This document shows, piece after piece, positions 1 through 64,000 of a stretch of 64,000 nucleotides of DNA. The first letter of the stretch is position 1. Each line of letters opens with the position of its first letter. The stretch comes from Schmidtea polychroa (taxonomy: Eukaryota). Location: NCBI GenBank assembly GCA_044892525.1, contig CM097886.1, forward strand, positions 40,610,001-40,674,000, read 5' to 3'. The notes beneath the pieces are model-generated. The model was given only the letters and a program-made list of their open reading frames with translations. It was not told the DNA's origin and did not search any database. The translations under genes and the position numbers were made by a program.

Positions 1-1387
1 AATTACTTAAATAATTAGTTAAAAAAGCTTTGGGATAAATTCATTCCGCTTAATATGATCGTTTCGATGCATTCCGAGCGTGGAACTGAATTTATTTAAA
101 TCATGAAACACAGTATGTCGTTATTTAATTAAAAGGGCTTTATCAATCTTGAAAAGCCTAGGTAGCCAGAACGAAAAATTGTCAGTAACTTTTTAAGATT
201 TTTCAATTCGTATAGCATACAATATTCCAGGAAAAACTTTTATAAAAATAAATTACTGTTTAAATAAGTTACTGTTTCTTTCTGAACCCATTGTATTTAA
301 ATCATCCATTAATAATCAAGAAATTTGAGAATTAAGTAATATTTATTTTTTATTGCAAAGTTCAAGGGATTCAAAAAAAATATGCTCAGCATTTATTACA
401 TTCATTCAACATAACATACTAGTATTTTATTTATTATTATTTTAAAAGTTAAGATATATTTTTAGCCTTTTATAAAAGCTCTAAATAAATTTACTTCTAA
501 ATTAGGTGTTCATTATTTTAAATTTTCAATTTTTTCACTTTAAATTTATAAAGTTTTATTTAATATTCAAATTTTTATATTTTTACATTTTTGAGAGTTA
601 ATATTTTAAAATTTAACATTCCACAATACTGATATTTTTCATTTTTGCACTTACATATTACAGGCTATTTTAGAACATTAAAACAAATCAGTAAAGACGT
701 TATACTTGTAGAATTGATAATTGTTTCAGTTTTTATAAAATTCTTGAGTCATTATTCTAAACTACAAAGTCGAATAAATATCCAATTAATCATAGCAAAT
801 GCTTGACTTTTGAATTTCTAGATTGAGATTTAGATTTAATTTTTACAGTTTTTTTTATTTTTTTAATATTCCTTTCTTTTGTTATTTATTCAAACAATAT
901 ATTTTTTAAATTATAAATAATTAATATTAATCTAAATATGATAATTTAAAATATAGATAATAAGTGTATTTTATTATAAATAAAATTAAATCTAAATTGT
1001 TTGAACTGCACACTAATAATTGAGTTTTATTTTATTAAACGAACTATTGGAAATTTTTCTAATTATAAATTTAATTGTTAATATTAAGAAATGTGGTGGT
1101 AACAGAAAAAAATGTTCAAAACACTGATTTAGTGTAACACCATTTTGCGTGATTTGTGTGGTTATTTGTGTCTCAATATTGTAAAACAATTACTTTTTCT
1201 TTATTTTATAATTTTTTCGATAAATAAGTAATTTTTAAGCAACAAATATTTTTCTACTGAAAACAAAACATTTTAAGAAGTCAAATTTCAAGTAATATAT
1301 TGACTCAGATTTAATTGTCCTTGATATACTTTTATTCAATTTTTGTGGAAAACTATTGTTTTTCATGTGTAATTTTAAATTCTTTAG

Positions 1388-1837
1388 AAAAAGAGAATTA
1401 AGAATCCGATTGAACTCGAATAATTACAGCGACCATTCAAGAGATTCCAGTCCGATATCATATCGTAATATCCGTGCAAATAGTAATAGATCAAATTTGA
1501 TTAGTTCTAGCAATGCATCATCTATGAGCAATTTAGATGAGAGATGTTTGACGAATAAATCTAAAAATAGTTCTTCGTCCAATAAATATAATGTGGAACA
1601 TTTAACAGACAAAAAGAGTCATCCTACTGCACTGAACCATGACAGTGATTATGAGGCATCGGATAATGATAGTGCATACAAATTTAATATTGGATCGACA
1701 AATAAAAAATCATCAAATGGACTTCGAAGTCCAGATAGCAGTATTATCAAAGAAAATTTAAAAAGTTCAAAACATAAAACTTTCAGGCGTCGTTTATTAG
1801 ATTCTGAAGAAGAGGATACTGAGATTCTTTCAAATAG
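1388..1837 (+). CDS. Probable internal exon of an unidentified host gene (Ser/Asn-rich, low complexity)
   Basis: Open frame of ORF 1356-1841 bounded by TTTAG| (AG 1386-1387) and |GTAAAT (1838); higher GC than the flanks; no recognisable domain. Confidence 0.5.
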
Positions 1838-4800
1838 GTAAATATAAAATTTATAATTTCTTTATTAATGATATTTATAAACTCTAAGGGCCCCTGCGCT
1901 TCAAAAGCTCATGAATTTAATAATTTAACTGCCTATTATACTGAAATATTTATACATATCTGTGATATTATCATATCGTAAAAATTATAAAAATATGCAT
2001 CAAAAATATGTTATTAAAATTACTTAATTTTTTATATTTACCATGAAATCTCTCTTCGTGGAATAAAATACTAAATTCCTTAATATTTAATCTATCTTAT
2101 TAAATCTATTTATTTGAAAATTTAGAAATCGATTTATTTATTAATTTTATTTTTATAATTGATTACATTAGGAAATACATGTTGAATATATAAAAGAAAT
2201 TAACCCATTTTATCCCAGATATATTTCTGTTAAAATGCATAGATTTTTATAATTTATTTTACCTAAGGAATTTCTAGGAGTAATAATTGCTAATTATTTA
2301 AATTTTAAAAGATAACTTTACAGGTTTGACATATAAATAATGTTATTTTTGGTCATACTGGAACTAATCGGGTTGATATTATGATAATGTCTTATCATTT
2401 ATAAGATATGATGTCTCGAAAGTGATTTATTTATTCATAGAAATATAGATTGAAAAATTCAAAATGTTTTTTTAATTTATAATTTATTTTTCAATTTAAT
2501 CATTTAATAGTTTTACTCTATTTTTTTTTTGAGTAATTATAATAAATTAACTTAAAACCGGACTTCACAATAACTTATTTTAATTACTGATATTAACAGA
2601 AGCAAATTATCGTAGAAACTACTGGTGACCAATAATAGTTAAGAGCAACTGCGTTAATAGCGACTGCAATTTACATCCCAGTGTCCAGTATTTGTATTTT
2701 TCCAGATGAAATTCTATATTTCGTTAATTTACCATAAATGATTAATAAGGTAAGATAATGCCCATGTAATGTCCAATGCTATTGAATATCAATGTGAAGT
2801 AATTCAATCAAGCACTGGTAAACACCTTGAGTATGTATTACTCTTTTACAATAGAGATACAAGTGAAATCTAACTACGGATATAATGCCAAATTATAATA
2901 GGGTGAATTGATTAAAATCGTAACTCGATCTCTGCCGTCTAGAAGAAATGGTATACTAACTGTCTAGTGTGTTATACCTCCTTGGGTCCAGTACGATAAC
3001 TCATGTTCTTTGACTAGTTAAACTAACATGTGGCTGTAAGATAACCATATTATTATTTAAATAGAAAACAACAATTATAATCCGAAAGATTGATGATACA
3101 AGAAATTGTAAATAACATCAAAGGTGAAAAAATTAAAAAAAATCAAAATCTATTTTCGCAAATTTCTGAAATATATATTTTAATATTATAAAAATTACTT
3201 TATATATTTAGTATCAACGGTAAGATTCAAATATTAAAAAGTGGTTCGCACTTTCACATTAATAAAACTGGATTATTAGTGCATCAACTTAACAAAACTA
3301 ATTACACAAAACAAAATACACCGCTTTGCATTGATAAAAGTCTAATATAAAAAAATTAATAAATTATATTTTAAAATACATACAAACTCATTTGTGTGCT
3401 AACAAATACTTTAGCATTCACACTTGCCAATTTATAATACACCAAACACCACTGAGAACCGTTTCCTATAATATAACAAAAAAATCAATAGTCTTACATA
3501 ATAGAAACATACATACTTACTTTGATTTCACTTTGATGTTCTCATTTATAGCTCAATGAGATACATTTAATATTATAGAGATCTGAAAAGTGGAAGAAAA
3601 ATTAAAAACTACACACAAACGCAACACATACTAAAAAACACATACAAACTTTTGATTAGTAGAAATGTAACGATGAGATACGTTTCTATAATAAACTTTA
3701 TTTTAGACAATTTTTAGAAAAAAAAGATCGTTGAAAATTTTTAAAATTATAATTTTAATGAAAATATCAAGAGCAGTTGAATTTGGTTCAACATCATTTC
3801 AATCCAGATTTGATTCCCTGAAAGAAGCCCCTCATATTGAGCTTAGGAAAAAAATTATTTTAATCATCGATTTTCCCCAAAATGTTTTAAAAAAATACAT
3901 ATTTTAGGTGATTGATTTATTTAATTATAATTAAAAATATATCGGACTCACATTTTTTCGAAATAATTCCAAAATAAATAAAGGTAAATGTTATAAAGTT
4001 CCTAAAAAACCCTGAAAATTAATTAAAAATAATTTATAATTAAACTATTGATTAAAAGTAATATTTAAGAACTTGAATTATGATCTCATATCTCATATGA
4101 ATCAAAATTCAAGTCTTAAAATTTACTTTAAATAAAAAAAAATACTTGAAAGCCATTTGTAAAATGGCTAAAATAAATTTCCAAAATATATAAATGAATA
4201 GACATGATAAATTGATAAAGATGATTTACAATTACAACCAATTACAATTGGTAAATAAATTGGTGAGTGATTTTACACGCCAACCACCACTATAGAGAAC
4301 GTATCTCAATGGTGTTTGGTGTAGGATTCCAGAAGGGTATATAAATTAATGAAACATACAAACATGGTGAGCCCAATTTCTATAATACACCCAATTCCGA
4401 AATTAAACATTACTTATAATGCACGTTGGTGTGCATACCAGTTGAGGTGACTCACCATTTATGTGAAAATTTAATTTCGGGAAAGAGACACTATAATAAA
4501 TTTAAATGCATTTTTCTTTATGTGTTTTGTGTTGGTATGTTTAATTATTTTTCTGTCACTTTTTCGACTCCTATAATAAATATGTTACCTTTCGAAGCAT
4601 TAAATTTTTACACACAAGTAAGTTTGTTGTTCCTATACTATAAATTTATTGATTTTCTTTAGATTATAGGCTATGTTAACTTTCGGAATAGGTGTAAATC
4701 AAAATTGCAAATAAGTGATAAACTATACAAGCTAAAATAGATACACCCATTTTAAAGAAAATATTTCTTAAAAAATCATTTACACCATATTAAAAAATAT

Positions 4801-5818
4801 TTTAAAAAATATTTGATCAAATAGTAAATTATAAGTGATTGAGTTTTATAAATGTTTAATTTTTGATATTTAATTATTTAATAAAGTTAAAAAATTAAAA
4901 ATAATTTAAAATATGAACTTTCCATAATTTCTTGTCAAATATTGACAATAATTTGATGGCAGTTATAACGCATTTTTCTTTGTATACAAATCATACCAAC
5001 ACACACAATGAAATTTTTATCAAAGAAAAGCCACATACAACAACAACAGTTGCTTATTAAACCCATATTCAATATCATTATATTGAACAAAAAAGCTTTT
5101 CTATTTTTTTGCTCTTAAAAACATTTTAGGATCTTTTTCTTGCTTTTTTTTAAAACACAAAAATATATTGTTCTGACCCATCAAGTATTGGATTACTTGG
5201 ATATGTCGGACTTGTGCAATGTTGAACTATGAACTATATATACAATACTATATCGCATTTCCTAGAAACATTATTGGCATTATCCGCCAAAGCAGCATTC
5301 AACACTTTGAATATCTTCAATAATTAATTGTTCTCATTTGCCATCCATAAATTATCAACTTCTTTATTCACAAATTTTCCAATTAAAACTAATAATTTTT
5401 TTTTTAATTTTAATTCTCTTCATATGATCCAATAGCTAATATTCATTCTGTTTAGTTTGTTTGTTTTCTTAGTTCGATGACCTTATATTTTCTTCGTGTT
5501 CAAAATGTAAATTGTGATAAATCTTCGTCACATCAATTAAAAAAAACTCAATTATTTAAAAGTTTCATTTATTTTTCATTGTTTCCAAAAATCAAAAATT
5601 AATTTTACTATATAACTCAAATTTTCGATACCGCCTTTATTATATATTTGATCAAGTCAGTGCCAAAATTTTTTATAAAATTATAAAGTAAAATTTGTAA
5701 TTTCAATATTTTATTTGTGTATTTAATTAACGATTATAATTACTTGTAGAATCGGAAAGTCGAGTATTAAAAGTGAAAATCATTATATTTTGGTAAAGTA
5801 AATATAAAAGTAATTTAG

Positions 5819-5997
5819 ATGAGAATTGCAAATCCAGAAAATCCCGAATTCAACAGAGCAATGTCAATGGAAATAATTTACTAAATCATCGTAACTCTTC
5901 CCATCATCACAATGATCCATCAGAGGATATCAATGACATTGATAGGCGTTTAAATGCTTTGCAATCCTTTTTCCAGAAATATTTGCACGATGAGTAA
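5819..5997 (+). CDS. Putative terminal exon of an unidentified host gene (ends DIDRRLNALQSFFQKYLHDE*)
   Basis: TAATTTAG| acceptor, open frame to TAA at 5995-5997, protein-like composition. I could not link it in phase to upstream exons. Confidence 0.35.
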
Positions 5998-7492
5998 TGG
6001 TTTTGCAGATTTTATTCTACCTACATTTTATATTAAATAAATGCTTATGTATAGTTTTTTTTAATTTTTTAAATTTTTAAAAATTTTTTACTGATAATTT
6101 ATTATATTTATTTACCTATGACAAATGATTTGGTAAGTTCCATACTTTATTCAGCCAATTGTATTCATTATTTATCGCGAATTCCGGCTGTTCTATGAGT
6201 GAATTGGCATACAAAAGAACTATAATCAAGCCACTATAATTAATGCACAAAAACAAAATATCTCAATAAAAATGATGGAATAAATTTCCATATAAATAGT
6301 GGTGAAATTAAATAAAAATTTAATTTAAATTAAAAGAAATAAGATACCGATCGTGATTTTGAGCGACTTTTTGAGTGCATTTCCTGAGATCCAACTTCTT
6401 TAATACCCACCCACATGTCTCGTCGCTGGTACAGTTTCGAATTGCACAAAATAAACTAATTTGTCCGAAGTTTTTGAGCAGTAATTGTGCATAAAATCTA
6501 ACATGATATAGAATATAGCTAAATATTGGGTATACACCTAAAATTGATCGAAAATGAAGAAATGGAATAATTGCTTTGATTAAAATTCCCGAAAGCTTAT
6601 ATTAAAAGACTTAAAATCTAAAAAATAATGTTCCTCAAAATTTTGGAAATTATTTGCACTCACTATGATGAATCTCCGCTCAAATCTTGTCAATAAAGTA
6701 GCAATGGATAACACCAATTTAAAGAAAATATGTAGAAAGCGAGTTATTATATAGGAAAGTTCCGATTATGAAGGAAAAGACATAATGACCTAAATTCTTC
6801 CACCAGCATTCGAGAACCAGAAATTCAAATGAATATTGGCAATAAAATTCATCTTCCCAATCCACGTTAGCAATATTGATATAGTGATGGCTGCATTTAA
6901 AATCATTTATCATTCTGAGCCAAGCACAATTGCAACCGCATTATTAATAGCGCTTAAAGTGGTAGAAAATCGTATAAATAGCATTTCCCAATTGTTAACA
7001 TTATCTTTGAGACTCCAATTAATTTTAGATAACTGACATTCATTCAATTTTTTATATTCCAAGCAAAATTGGTTAATGGATTCTGGGTTCGTTCTACATA
7101 TTTATATATAATAAAAATTTGAATAAAAATACAAATGCAAATGAAAATTGGTACTACAATCACAACTAATATGAATATTATGTAATTATATTTGTGTTTT
7201 AATTTCAAATTAACCATATATTATTTGTAAATTTCTAAATTAAAGCCAATAAATTATTAATATTATTAAAGATAAAAAATAGTGAACTATTTTCTTTTAC
7301 ATTTTAAACAACTAAATTGTGATAATATTATGGTTATAATAGCATAAATTAGTTTGTTTAAGTCAATCACACAAAGTTAAATAATTAGCAAAAATTTGTG
7401 TTATTAATTTTGGCAAAATTTACAGTATTTTATTCATGCTACGAAATACAATATTATGATGTATTAGAATAAAGATTATAATTTTTATTAAA

Positions 7493-63960
<56,468 letters not shown>

Positions 63961-64000
63961 GTAAGTTTTTGGAATGTGATTTGGTAGATATAGTTATAAT

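Noticed and set aside
5750-5818. 43-nt exon plus 26-nt micro-intron upstream of the 5819 exon
   Set aside because: The splice phases do not join to the protein-like frame of the downstream exon.
6300-7040. Possible decayed LINE fragment (LSKINW...NNWEMLF on the minus strand)
   Set aside because: The resemblance is too weak and no RT or endonuclease motif was found.

Overview
AT-rich eukaryotic genomic DNA. Long AAT microsatellites and 45-49 nt minimal introns suggest an invertebrate such as a flatworm; this is inference and the taxon is not established. The dominant feature is an apparently intact 30,301-bp Ty3/Gypsy-type LTR element on the minus strand (8775-39075). It has 4,110-bp near-identical LTRs, a GTAT target-site duplication and a tRNA-Pro primer-binding site. 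Its single 4,617-aa ORF reads: Gag (3 CCHC), three ubiquitin-like domains, a Bcl-2-like domain, a signal peptide plus chuvirus-type fusion glycoprotein with TM, PR, RT, RNase H, IN, ankyrin arrays, then a second signal peptide, ectodomain and TM. Accessory ORFs include a full-length TRAF, an IAP-type RING protein, three coiled-coil proteins, a small type I membrane protein and an LTR-encoded ORF. Most begin just after an AG acceptor-like site and end before an AATAAA. The element is nested in a ~465-bp non-autonomous piggyBac, which lies in an intron of a plus-strand AMBRA1-like WD40 gene whose phase-compatible exons run from 7493 to at least 63960. Other introns hold decayed pogo/Tigger, hAT and Penelope-like fragments and a decayed RING-bearing relic. 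All domain calls come from motif recognition by eye; no alignments or database searches were run. Giant domain-rich LTR elements (Burro) were reported from the planarian Schmidtea mediterranea, so novelty must be tested against them.
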